NCBI GenBank assembly: GCA_051942205.1
Contig: JAVECO010000006.1
Span: forward strand, 62,001-126,000
Direction: 5' to 3'
Length of the DNA stretch: 64,000 nucleotides
DNA from: Coniocarpon cinnabarinum
Lineage: Eukaryota
Part shown: positions 25,007 through 36,926 of the stretch, one piece after another
Layout of the letters: the number at the start of each line of letters is the position of its first letter
How positions within the stretch are numbered: the first letter of the stretch is position 1
The notes under the pieces: model-generated
The model's input: the letters and a program-made list of their open reading frames with translations, nothing else
The model's database searches: none
What the model was told of the DNA's origin: nothing
Made by a program: the position numbers and the translations under genes

Positions 25007-25726
25007 TCAATCAATGTCCATGGCATTGGAATCTGTTTCCCTTCCTGGCGGTGCAGCGCTGTCAGGTTGTGCCTCAACATCATTCATCCGTGAAAGCCTG
25101 TGCATGTCTAACAGACCAGGCTCCACGTCCCCTTTAATCTGTTGCCTGCGCGCCCTTGCTCTTGCCTCGAGAATGGCCTTTCGTACATTGTCCTCCTCTC
25201 GAGGCACCGATATCGAATGCGGCACAGAGTAGAGCACCATTTGCTGATCTTCCTCCGAAGAATCTTTTCTCTCACCAGTGAGCACGCTATGCGGTACACC
25301 GCTCAGCCTTTTCTCAATGTCTGGAAGAAAGATGACTCGTTCTTCGTCCTCCGTGTCTGAAGACGCGCTGGCAAGCTCGGCCTCGAGGTCGTGAATGTAG
25401 ATTGTATCTTTGGTGTCGTCGAGATGCATGGAATCATCTGCTTTGCGAGCTGGCTTGACCTTCCTCGCAGAGTGATCTCGAGGGGGAACATGGGACGGAG
25501 ACTGCTGAGAAGGCTGAGTGTGAGGTTGGATCCACAGTTTGCCGTTTTGTTCATTTTCTAGCGATTCGTTAACATTGATGTGAATGTCATGTGCTCAAAT
25601 GGAGCTACCTATGTTTAGCAAATGGAAACGCTTCGTCAACCGCTGCGCGCCGTCAAGAGTGTCATCGTGTGGTCGCTTTGCTCCGTGCGGAGGGGCATGT
25701 GAAACAGCCTCAGTCTGCGTCGCCAT
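25007..25726 (-). CDS. Conserved fungal hypothetical protein; intron 25558-25608
   Basis: Exon 1 MATQTE..GAKRPHDD..QRLTKRFHLLNI splices in frame to ENEQNGKLWI..MHLDDTKDTIYIHDLEAEL..FLPDIEK..LYSVP..VRKAILEARARAR. Confidence 0.8.
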
Positions 25727-25871
25727 CCTTTCCAGTTTCTCCTTTCTCATGCATTGAAGTCACCGAAGCGGGCGAAGCTTTGTAATCATAACCGATGTCG
25801 AATCCTTCTGTGAGCCGCGCGTGAGGGTGCTGTCACATCATTCGTTGTGAGGATTCCGGTAGGAAGAGTGC

Positions 25872-28800
25872 ATGCAGTCTAAAGGATTGGCGAAGCTTCG
25901 AGATGCCTTTTTGTCCACCACTTTGTTGAGATTTCGCCTGAGTCACGTCGCATCATCAAGGGGACATATAAACAACAACATCAGCTTGAACATTCAAACT
26001 GCTTTCAAAGTAGGAGTGCGATATTCAAGTGCAGTTGCTTCACCCGCAACAAAGGGAGGTTTCACTATGGCCGGCCAGCCCGAATGGACTGCGCCCAAAG
26101 TACGGCAAACGTTCTTAGAATTCTTCAAGAAGAGAGAGCATGAGTTTGGTGAGTCTAGCTATGACTGTAGTCCTTTACACTTTGGACCTGGTTGTGCGGT
26201 GATTGCATCTTGCCTAGGTGCACAAGATACACATGCAATGACGGAGCTTGCATGTCATTTGCATGACTGACTTCCTCAGTACCCTCGTCGTCTGTCATTC
26301 CCCATGGCGATCCAACTATCCTCTTTGCCAACGCTGGCATGAACCAATTCAAACCCATCTTTCTCGGCACAGTGGATCCTCAATCAGCAGCCGCCAAGTG
26401 GAAAAGAGCTGTCAACTCCCAAAAGGTCGGTTCTGCTGCCAGTATTAGCCATCAATGATACTTACGAGCTGCAGTGCATTCGTGCTGGTGGGAAGCACAA
26501 CGACTTGGACGATGTGGGAAAGGATAGTTATCATCACGTGAGTCATCAATCCTCTCGAAGCTCTCTCGGCCCTGCTAAGTCATGTCAAGACTTTTTTCGA
26601 AATGCTGGGCAATTGGTCATTCGGAGATTACTTCAAGAAAGGCGCCATCGAGTTCTCGTGGGAGCTTCTGACGAAAGTCTATGGCATTGAACCATCTCGA
26701 CTCTATGTAACCTATTTCGAAGGTAACCCAGCGGCTGGATTGGAACCGGATCACGAAGCTCGAGATCATTGGCGCGCTGTCGGTGTAGCTGATGATCACA
26801 TCTTGACAGGCAACATGAAAGACAACTTCTGGGAAATGGGTGACCAAGGACCCTGTGGGCCTTGTAGTGAGATACACTATGATCGTTTGGGCGGTCGCAA
26901 CGCAGCTCATCTGGTCAATGAGGACGACCCAAATGTCCTGGAAATCTGGAACAATGTCTTTATTCAGTTCAATCGAGAAGCTGATAAGTCACTAAAGCCT
27001 TTGCCAAAGAAGCACGTGGATACCGGCTTGGGCTTCGAGCGCCTAGTGTCGGTCCTGCAAAATGTCTACTCAAACTATGACACTGATGTCTTCACACCTC
27101 TTTTCAAACGAATACAGGAACTGACAGGCGCAAGAGAATACAAGGGCGGATTTGGTAAAGATGACCCAGATGGCGTAGATACTGCGTACAGGGTTATTGC
27201 AGACCACGTTCGCACACTCACATTTGCTATCACAGACGGTGGTGTCCCAGATAGCGTTGGACAAGGCTATGTCATTCGTCGCATTCTTCGACGAGGGGCA
27301 CGATATGCTCGCAAATATTTCAACGTCAAGATTGGCAACTTCTTTGGACAGATCGTCCCCACCGTGATAGAGCAGCTCAAAGGAATCTTTCCCGAGATCG
27401 AGAAAAAGTCGAAGAGCGTCGTCGAGATTTTGAACGAGGAGGAAGTCTCGTTTGCGAAGACATTGGATCGTGGCGAAGCTATGTTTGAGAAATACGCCCA
27501 ACAATGTACTTCACAAGGGGCAAAGACGCTGCCAGGAGACGAGGTGTGGCGTCTATACGATACGTATGGCTTTCCCGTGGACTTGACACAGATCATGGCT
27601 GAAGAGCGGGGGCTGAGCATCAATGACAAGGAGGTCAAAGTTGCTCAGGAGAAAGCGGTGGAAGCATCTAAAGGAGAGAAAAAAGCTGCTGGGGACTTAC
27701 TGAAGCTCGAGGTGCACGAACTTGGAAAGCTGGAGGCAGGGGACACGCCAGACAAGCAAAAGGTATCCAAGACTAACGACAACCCTAAGTTCCAGAGCGG
27801 AAATATTGTCGCGACGGTGAAGGCCATCTTTCACGACAAACAGTTCCACCAAGACAGCGCGCAGCTTGCTAAAGATCAGCAAATTGGCTTGATTCTGGAT
27901 CGAACAAATTTCTACGCTGAGCAAGGTGGACAGGAATGGGACACCGGCGCGATCCTTTCAAGTCCAGACATTGAAGGCTCAGGAGCACCCAACGTATCTG
28001 ATGAAGCCGATTTTGCTGTGGAAAACGTGCAGGTCTACTCCGGCTGGGTGATGCACACAGGTCACATTCGAAGCGGCAAATTCACGGTCGGCTCCAAGGT
28101 CACATGTGCTGTGGATGAACTGCGGCGGCAGTCGATTCGAAACAATCACACTGGCACACATATTCTCAATTTTGGCCTACGAGAAGTACTTGGAGACGAC
28201 ATCAACCAAAAAGGCTCACTTGTCGCTCCGGAGAAGCTCCGCTTTGACTTCAGTCACAAAGCTGCAGTCTCGAATGCCGAGCTTCAGAAGATTGAGGATG
28301 TATGTACAAGCTACATCCGACAGAATTCGATTGTCTACGACAAAGATGTGCCACTGGCTGCTGCACGCGACATCAATGGTGTCCGAGCAGTCTTTGGAGA
28401 AACGTATCCCGATCCTGTGAGGGTCGTCAGCGTAGGGGTCCCTGTGGAGGATCTACTCGCAGATGTGAAAAAGGCGGAATGGCGCAATGTGAGCGTCGAA
28501 TTTTGCGGTGGCACGCATGTCGAAAGCACAAGTGTTATTGCAGAACTCATCGTCCTGGAGGAGAGTGGCATTGCGAAAGGCATCCGACGAATGATCGCTG
28601 TGACTGGACAGGCCGCGTACGACGCGCAACGCTCGGCTGACGAGTTCGACGGCGAGTTGAAGCGGCTCGAGGGCATGAAGAATAGCGCGGAGCGCGAGCA
28701 GTACAACAAAGATCTCAACGCCCGATATGCCGAGCTCACAGCGTCCGCACTGAAGAAAGCTTCGTTCAAGGACCGCCTGGGCAAAGTCGGCAAGGAGATT

Positions 28801-29223
28801 GTGGACGCGCAGAAAGCGGCGCAGAAGGCTGAGAACAAAAAGGTGCTTGACATGGTGACGCAGCACTTTGAGAAGAACAAAGAAAGCAAGACGTTCGTTG
28901 GAGCAGTGGACTTTGAGCTTGGTGGCGGAAGCAAGGCAGTGCCGGAAGCCATCAAGCACATCCAGGGCAAGGTCAAGGACAAGACCGTGTACCTGATTGG
29001 TGCGGTGAAGAGTGAAGGCAAGGTGATGCACGGATGCCACGTGGCGGAGGAAGCAGGCAGATCCGGGGTGAACGCTAGCGAGTGGGCGAATGCTGTAGCC
29101 GGCGCTGTAGGAGGCAAGGCTGGAGGAAAGGGACCGACGAGCGTGGGGAACGGGACGAATGTGGACAAGGTCGACGAGGGCGTGAAGGCGGCAGAGGAGT
29201 ATCTGCAGAAGCTCAAGATCTAG
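25872..29223 (+). CDS. ALA1: Alanyl-tRNA synthetase; cytosolic start 26067, upstream in-frame start 25872; introns 26149-26279, 26426-26474, 26538-26589
   Basis: [56 protein letters not shown], editing domain NHTGTH..EFCGGTH, C-Ala GGKAGG. Confidence 0.97.
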
Positions 29224-30086
29224 CGACAGCTGTTGAAGGGTTGTTGATGCTTCGAAAGCTACATATCACACACAGTAATCCCAATACTCTGTTGAGTCTG
29301 ATTGCGAGATTTGCCGGGGTAAGGACTGCAGCGAGGAGTTCGAAGAAGCGTCAACTATGGTCCCACGATCTACGCCAACCCCAGGAGACTACAGTGCTCA
29401 TTCCTGGAACCAACGTCCTGAACATGGACTTCCTCGCGCCGCAAGAAGAACACGGCGATTGTTGATGCGACTGACTGGCAGCGCAGTGGCTGAAGTCTAA
29501 AGTCTAGATTGGCCGAGGATGAGCCCCCATGCGCCGTCAAAAGCAGTCTAGCGTCAGTGCCTCAGTAGGGAGAGAGCAAGTCCGAATCAGTCTGCCAGCC
29601 TGCCAGCCTTGTCGGATCCATCGTGCTGCCCACTCCTTCACGAATAGCAGCCAGCGTCTGTTTTTGACGCGATCCCCAGATGAGCACTCACCTCGCCTGC
29701 TTTTCCGAACCAGCCCCTGGACCTACCGGCCTCTTCCCAAGGACGGCTACTCCAATCTCCCCATTGGCCTCACTTCGTCCCGCGTGGCATCACTCTCAAC
29801 TGCAATGTCTGACTATCTACACTAACGGCTAGTCTAGCCCGCGTGCTTTCTCGCCTCGTTTGCAAAGATTTGGCATCATGGACAGGTTTGTTGCTAGGTC
29901 AAAGTCGAAGAATGGCGTGGATCCAGACCGTGTCATCGCAGTGGCCAGTGCATTCCTTTTCAAGATGTTTATATCACGCCGCGACCTCTCTCTTCTTCCC
30001 TGATGTCCATGTAGGCGTGTCAATCCAACACTTCCGGCGGTGCTTGCTTTCATTCATTCACTTATTCGTTCAGAAATCTCTTAACC

Positions 30087-33000
30087 ATGCATTCGTTTCG
30101 TAGTCTAGCCCACTGGGCATCTTTAATGTCTTTCTTAATTACAGCCAGCGGAAGTCCTTGCACTACAGGCCTTCCCAATGTCAACGGAACTTTTGCCAAT
30201 CAGACATCTCTAGCCACTTCGACCATCAGCCCTGGTGCGACTTCCACCACCGCCACCAACAGTAATGCAAGTTCTTCTCCACTCTAAAGTTGACGCCTCA
30301 AGCAAACCATCAGTTTAACCGGGACATCATCATCATCTAACACACTGCAGACATTCTCCGCGTCCGCTGCGCCCGGTCCTACACTACTGCCTGCCGTCCA
30401 CTGGGAGTACCCTGTGGATGACATACGCAATCTCGCTCCAGTTAACAGCTCGGATCTCTACTACTCATCGAACGGCATCTCCGGTAAGCATCGAGACTGA
30501 ACGTCATCACGCCATCATAATGACAACATGCGTCACACAGATCCCAATGTTCAGCATCTTTTCGCTTCGATGTCGACGACTTTCCAGTATGACACCGTCA
30601 TTCTAGACCACAGCACCTACATCCAATCAACTACATGCGATGATGAAGGCATCCTCGTGACTTTTACCAGTCTCGAAGGTTTTCAATTTGCTTGCGGAGC
30701 ATGGACGGCTGTTGATGAATTCATCCTTGTGACCTACACTAATGGATGTGGGGCATCTTTTGCACAGCGAACGTTTTGGCTCAGTGCCGGTGCAGGTGGC
30801 CTAGAGTTCCGCAATCAGACCAACAGCATTCTCGTACGCATTCAACGAGAAATCGCGATTGAAGATGCTTTGCATGGCGTTGATATGGTCTGGGGTACTT
30901 ACTACCCACCCAGCTCCTCCAATAATTCGGGAAGCCAAGCAGGTTCGTCTTCAGGATCTGGTAGTGCTGTAGGCTCGAATCCGGGAACTGGTCCTGGAGC
31001 CAACGGCGCGTCTACCCCATCAGGCTCAAACACTGGCCTGGCAGGCAGCGCTGGTGCAGCGACTTCAACCAGCGGAGTAGGCTCTCCAAGTAGCGGTGCC
31101 ACTTCTTCGAGCTCCACATCACCCTCCACTGGCACCAGCAACTCCAATGCAAATGCAACTGGGAAATCTGTAGCCGACGCTGGTGCTCCGTGTGGGTTGC
31201 CTCCCTCTCCTGTCATCGACGGGTTTCCAGCGTACGCCTGCGGCGCCTCGGATTTTGATCAGCATCTCGATGAGGTAATAGGTTACCTCGACTTCTCTTC
31301 CAAAGATTATGACGCCAGCCTCCAGGAGTACATGCCTGGTGTTACATTTGACGACGAAGCTCTTCAAGACGACGATGCCGGCTTGGATGCCCGTAGCCTT
31401 GTGGTGCTCAGGAAGCGCGGCTTCTGGAGCTCTTTCACGTCCTTTGCCAAGCGCGTTGCCAGTGTAGCCGTGAACGTTGCTACAGCTCCTCTCCAAATTG
31501 CCGCTGCCGCCGTGAAAGCAATTCCAGTCGTCGGAGACTTTATTGCTCAGAAGACTGCTATTGAGCCCAAGGTACAGGGGGTGGCAGATCTCAAGCTCGG
31601 CCCAAATGATAACGCGCAATCCCCCTGGGGTAATGCAGCTCTTCTCTTCTCCCGAAGCGGCTCAACTCAGTCGACTGCATCAGACGTCGCTCTGTATTGT
31701 GTGAACTGTGGTTTCAAAGGTCACGTCGTTCTTGCTGGGTCCGCCAAGTTCAACATCCTCGACGGGCTCAATGCCTTGACCGTGAGCACGAACGCAAACA
31801 TTGAGGCCGGGTTGAATCTTGGTCTTGTTGCCTCTGCTACATTCAGCAACACACAGAAAAAGTCCTTAATCAACCAAGCGATACCTGATCTTGGCGTCTC
31901 GGTCGCCGGCGTCTTCTCGGCAGGCTGCTATGTGGCTGTTGACGCTGTCGCGGAGCTTAATGTAGCCGCCACAGGCCAAGCCCTGATTGGCATCACAATG
32001 ACCATTCCGAACTTTCAGGCACAGCTTAATCTCATTGATCAGAACGCGGCATCGTCTTCGAGCATTACAGGATACACCCCACAATTCTCCAAACGGTTTG
32101 AGGCTTCTGGTCAGATCAGTGCATCGGCCAAGTTATCACTACCCGTTTCTCTGAACGTCGGCCTCCAGATCATACCCATCAAGCTCTCAAAAAGCATAGC
32201 CCTCATTGAGCAGCCGAGTCTCTACGGCAACGTCTCTTTCTCAGCTAGTACAGACAATGGTGCGCCAGCCTTGTCAGCCCGCCAAGACAGCAGTGACGAT
32301 GACGGAAACTCCGCGAGTGCAGTGGCAACAGCTACAGATAATGTTCCCCCAACAGCGACAGGCAATCCTGATAGTTCAGATTCGACGAGCACGGCTGATC
32401 CGGGCACTTCAGACGGGCCAAGCACATCAGCAACAACGTCAGCAACCGCTACCTCGTCTGCAGATCCCAGCAGTGCATCCGACTCCGGCACCTGTAACAA
32501 CGGCTTTAGTTACTTTGCCAACGCTCAGAACGATGTGCTCCTGGATTTCCTGGGCGTCAAGACTTTTACACTCAATCATTACGAGTCGGAACCCTTGCTG
32601 CAGGGATGCAAGCGTCTGAACAGCCGCTCACAAGACACGCGCCAGAGCAGTGACGACAGCAGCGGTGACACTGTCATTGCCAATGACGAGACGGACACTT
32701 TCCCATCTGATGCCAGTGACAACTCAGACGCGTCCAATGACGAAGTGGATGACGAACAGGCCTCACCCGACAGTGCAGAATTTGAGGACGACGCCAAGCA
32801 AGCAATGGCGCTGGCCTCTGCTGCGAGCGGAGAGGAAGGGTACAATTTCACGTCCATTGTCGAGTATCACAATGCCTTTATGCTGGCACCGGATGACAAT
32901 GGCAACCTGTACGCAGTATCTTCGAGCGCGGATCCGTATGGGTACATGTTTGCAAGCTACCAAGGCACGTTCATCGGAGACGAGCAGGAGCGGGGGTTCC

Positions 33001-33338
33001 ACTACTACCCGGATGTCATGGCCGCGTACAATGTGTCACGCCTGCGGATGAGTTTCGAGGACGAGATCCCCCGGACGTCGGACGTGATTGCGTTGAGCCC
33101 GCAGACGAGCGAGGACAACGTACTGCTGGCGGTCGACAGCCTTGGCAATGGGTATGGGCTGGTGCTGTGCGACTTTGAGGGCGGCGCTGATAGCAAGGTA
33201 TTCCTTGTGAGCGACGAGAGTGGGCTGGACACGCTGAAGGTGGAGAAGCTGCGATACACGGTCACCGGGGGCGTGGTGACAGGATGCGAAGGGATTGCAA
33301 TGAGGGCGGGCGGAGGGACGACGTCTTCCAGCTTGTGA
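30087..33338 (+). CDS. Large secreted Ser/Thr/Asp-rich protein (resembles fungal DUF7029/DUF7223-type proteins); introns 30267-30350 (GC-AG, tentative) and 30484-30540
   Basis: Signal-like N-terminus; in-frame exons LLPAVHW..NLAP..LYY and YDTVILDHS..C..F..W..FILVT...C..RTFW; beta-rich LYCVNCGFKG domain. The family name is from recollection only. Confidence 0.75.
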
Positions 33339-33780
33339 GGGAGTGGCGAGTGCTGGGATGATGCATACCTACCTCCTCATGGCCTTGGCGGTGGGTGTTG
33401 ATGTAAGCAGAGTACCTTGATGACGACGGAGACGCGTACAGACGAACGTACACCGCCCACTGTCAACCACACGCGGTCCTATCGTACGCCTCCGCCGATG
33501 CACCGCCTCGTGCCGCCGTGCAGGGTGCAGACTCGAAACATTCGGACCGTGGGCGATGCCTGTTTCTTGTGCGCGGTGTGCGACCAAAATCTCCGGGCGG
33601 CAGCCAATGGCGAGCAAGGGGCCAGGATGCATGACTCGGGCCTTCAGGTACTCAGGCACTAGGCGCCCACCGCCCCTACACCTCGACCCACCGTACATTT
33701 CCTCATCTTCTGCACCTCCGTCCTCGCTCAACACCTCATTCAATCATCTCTCTGTGCAGTGAGGCTCTTCACATGCTGCA

Positions 33781-33811
33781 CTGGAGGCATCCCCGGCATC
33801 CCCGGCATCCC
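33781..33811. promoter_or_regulatory. (GGCATCCCC)x3 tandem repeat with clustered SYGGRG (CreA-type) sites
   Basis: CTGGAG at 33781-33786, CCCCGG at 33791-33796 and 33800-33805; about 530-560 bp upstream of the GH49 ATG. Confidence 0.45.
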
Positions 33812-34340
33812 GCACCGCCACTCTCCTCCTGCCTGCTACCTACCTAGTAAGCGCCAACAGACCCTGTAGATACGGAGTAGGTGGGCACCTCTAGCTATCT
33901 CGCCCGCCTTGCCCGCGAACAATTGCAAGTCCAAGTCCTGCTGCCTGCTTCCCCGTCTGCTCCTCATCCCGGCCACCCTGTTACCCACTTTGACAGCTCC
34001 TCATAATACGCGTCTCATTTCCCTCCCTCTTGCAGCGTTCTGCTCTTCAGTCTTGATATCATCTCCTTCACTGCCACACGCGTGGCCTTTTTTCCTTCGC
34101 CGTTTTCCTTAGCTCTGCAGTCCTTCCTTTGCAACCCACGCCTCAGACTTTACGTCAACTACATTCATTCACTCATTTTCTCTTCTTGCCCAGTCGTCAC
34201 TCCTTTGCCATTTGCATAACAACGTCCATTCATTGAAGCTTGCTTCCCAGTCGCTCCTTGCACCATTTGAAACTGAATACCTGAACCAACACCAGAGACA
34301 GCCCCCACTAATCTCACTATCACTAATCGAAGCCACACAA

Positions 34341-36260
34341 ATGCTGTTCCTTTCTCAGTGGATAACGCCACTGTTACTCTCCCTCCCCGCCCTTTCGTCG
34401 GCATTCCCCCAGTTCGCCAACAACACCGTTTCTGATTCCAAACTCCAGACATGGTGGCACCAAGAGGGTGTCATCGACTCCACGGGCTCTATCCCAGACG
34501 GCAGCATTCGCCAATCGCACAAATACGCTGTCCAGGTGGCGCCCGTCAGCAACCAAAGCGTCTTCTACGACTCCTTCATTTACGAATCCATCCCGCGCAA
34601 TGGCAACGGCGCCATCACTGTCCCCGGTGACCACTCTTCCGTTCAGTTCGACGCGCAAGATGGCGTTACCATTGAGCCGCTCCTTAACACCACGATGGCG
34701 TGGACGCAGTTTCTCTACAATGAGGACGTGATCCTCAAAATCACCCGCATCGACAACACTACTGCGCCCGCCTCCACCGCGAACATGACCATCCGACCCA
34801 CGACCAACAACTACACCACGGCAGCCAGCGGCGCATCGATTCTTGTCCGCGTCCCGTTTCAAGGCAATGGTACCCGTTTCTCGATCGAGTTCGAGGACGA
34901 CCTCGTCAACTACCGCACCATGGCCACCTCCCCAACCTGCGTCAACAGCTCCTCCGTCGCCACCGGCGACTGCTCCTACGTCCAAAACGTCAACCACACC
35001 TCTGGCAACTTTTTCACCACCTTCAACTCGAGTATGCCTACGGTCGGCGTCGAGCCTCGCAATGCCCTTCTCATCTTTGCCTCTCCCTTTCCTTCGAGCG
35101 ACCTCGTCGCGCAGTACAATGCACCCGGCGTGCAGTCAATTCAGCCGGGCTACGTGGAGCACCTCGACCAGAGTCCCGCATCAACACTCTTTTTCCCACC
35201 CGGTGTGTTCTGGCTCGGCGGAAAGGCTCACGCGTACCTTTCTCAATCTACGACGTGGGTCTACCTCTCACCCGGCGCTTACGTCAAAGGCGCCTTCCAG
35301 TTCACTGCTACCAACGCGTCGTCGCTGACCATCTCCGGCTTCGGTATCCTCTCCGGCGAGCAATACGTCTATATGGCGAATCCGGAGGCGGACTACTCTT
35401 CTCAGAAATCCGACACAACTTGCCTGCGCATGTTCAAGGGGCAGGCAGCGCAGGAGGGCAACACAACCTTTACCCTTACAGGCATCACCATGGCCAATCC
35501 ACCCTTCAATTCCATGGATTTCACCGGTGACTCCCAAGCCCTCTCCACCAACGCGTGGGATTACAAACAAGTGGGCGCATGGTTCGATCAGACGGACGGC
35601 CTTGAGACGTACCCCAACAGCGTGGTGCACGATCTGTTTTACCATTCTTCAGACGACACACTGAAATTGTACCACTCCAACGTGAGCATCAGCGACGTCA
35701 TCATCTGGAAGAAGACGAACGGCCCCGCTATCCAACTCGGTTGGAACCCGCGCAACGTCTCGGACGTCACCGTTACAAACGTCTCTCAAATTCACTCCCG
35801 TTACTTCACCAACGACGCCGCGGGCACCACTGGCGACGCACTCATCATGTCTACCGTCTTCCCTGATGACGCCACCAACATGAACACAGCCGACACGTCC
35901 TGTTACCTCGCCAACGTGTCCATTTCGAATCTGCGCGCCGAAGGCATCAGCCCTTCGCTCATGCGCCTCAGTCCCCTCATGAACTACGACGACCTCCACG
36001 TCCAAGGCGCTTGGATCGAGGAGCTGAGCCCCATCGAAACGGGGTTGCAAACGAGCTGGGCGCACAAGTGGACGGATGGCAACAGAAACGGGCAGCCCGT
36101 GCAGTTCGGCGCCAACTCACCCACCGGCATGGGTGTCAGAATTGAAGGATTTTATGTGGGGAGTGAGAAGATTGGATTTGCCGAGAAGAACTGGGATACA
36201 ACCAGCCTTGGGTCGCTGGACTTTGACGACTTCTTCTGGGGCGGCTGGACCGTGCAGTGA
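34341..36260 (+). CDS. Secreted GH49 glycoside hydrolase (dextranase/isopullulanase)
   Basis: Signal peptide from ATG 34341; LQTWWH, RQSHKYAVQV, YESIPRNGNG, EPRNALLIFASPF, PGAYVKGA, LSGEQYVY, PPFNSMDF; catalytic QTDG and HSSDDTLKLYHS. Confidence 0.93.
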   Translation: MLFLSQWITPLLLSLPALSSAFPQFANNTVSDSKLQTWWHQEGVIDSTGSIPDGSIRQSHKYAVQVAPVSNQSVFYDSFIYESIPRNGNGAITVPGDHSSVQFDAQDGVTIEPLLNTTMAWTQFLYNEDVILKITRIDNTTAPASTANMTIRPTTNNYTTAASGASILVRVPFQGNGTRFSIEFEDDLVNYRTMATSPTCVNSSSVATGDCSYVQNVNHTSGNFFTTFNSSMPTVGVEPRNALLIFASPFPSSDLVAQYNAPGVQSIQPGYVEHLDQSPASTLFFPPGVFWLGGKAHAYLSQSTTWVYLSPGAYVKGAFQFTATNASSLTISGFGILSGEQYVYMANPEADYSSQKSDTTCLRMFKGQAAQEGNTTFTLTGITMANPPFNSMDFTGDSQALSTNAWDYKQVGAWFDQTDGLETYPNSVVHDLFYHSSDDTLKLYHSNVSISDVIIWKKTNGPAIQLGWNPRNVSDVTVTNVSQIHSRYFTNDAAGTTGDALIMSTVFPDDATNMNTADTSCYLANVSISNLRAEGISPSLMRLSPLMNYDDLHVQGAWIEELSPIETGLQTSWAHKWTDGNRNGQPVQFGANSPTGMGVRIEGFYVGSEKIGFAEKNWDTTSLGSLDFDDFFWGGWTVQ

Positions 36261-36926
36261 GATTCCGTCCCTGCGCTTACCGTCCTCAACTTCATGATGC
36301 CAACATTCAACATTCCAAGAAGTTCACGGCCGAGGAGATGAGCGCGAAGATCAACATTCTATATATACCCAGTTTGCGTTTGGCTTTGTTTCTGTGAGCA
36401 GGCGAAGTCGGATCTTGATTCTGCATCGACCACGCCGACGAAGCACGGTCGCGACAGCCAATTGGCAGGATCGTTCCTCTAGTTTCTTGTCTGCTTCGTG
36501 GAATACGGAGCGCAATATACTATACAGATGGCATTTAAAACGCAAGTGAACGCGTTGTCCGATACGCTGTTGTTCACAGTCACATGACTTTTCCTCTCCA
36601 TATTGCAACTCGCCTTGATGAAAGAGAGGGCACGCGTGAATTGTACTAGATCTCAACCACCAACATCTCATCTGTACACTGCCATCGCACATCATTATGC
36701 TAAGAAGACGTGACAGACCGCACTATTTGTACTATCATGTCTATATTGTCGTGAAACATCGTCACGATACGTCGTTACGGTCAATCCTTCACTCGCAACA
36801 TACTCGCCACCGCATCATGATAAGTAGTCGTGATACACTATTGCATATGCCGCACCTTCGTGTTTACCTCGTCGCAGCGTGATCGTGGGATATCGTCACG
36901 CTTCGTCATTTGGCTCGTCGTCACGA

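Noticed and set aside
28335..29216. 293-aa antisense ORF and similar overlapping ORFs within SNU114, GH49, FAN1 and TAF2
   Set aside because: Expected antisense or alternate-frame shadows in GC-rich, codon-biased genes; no recognisable motifs
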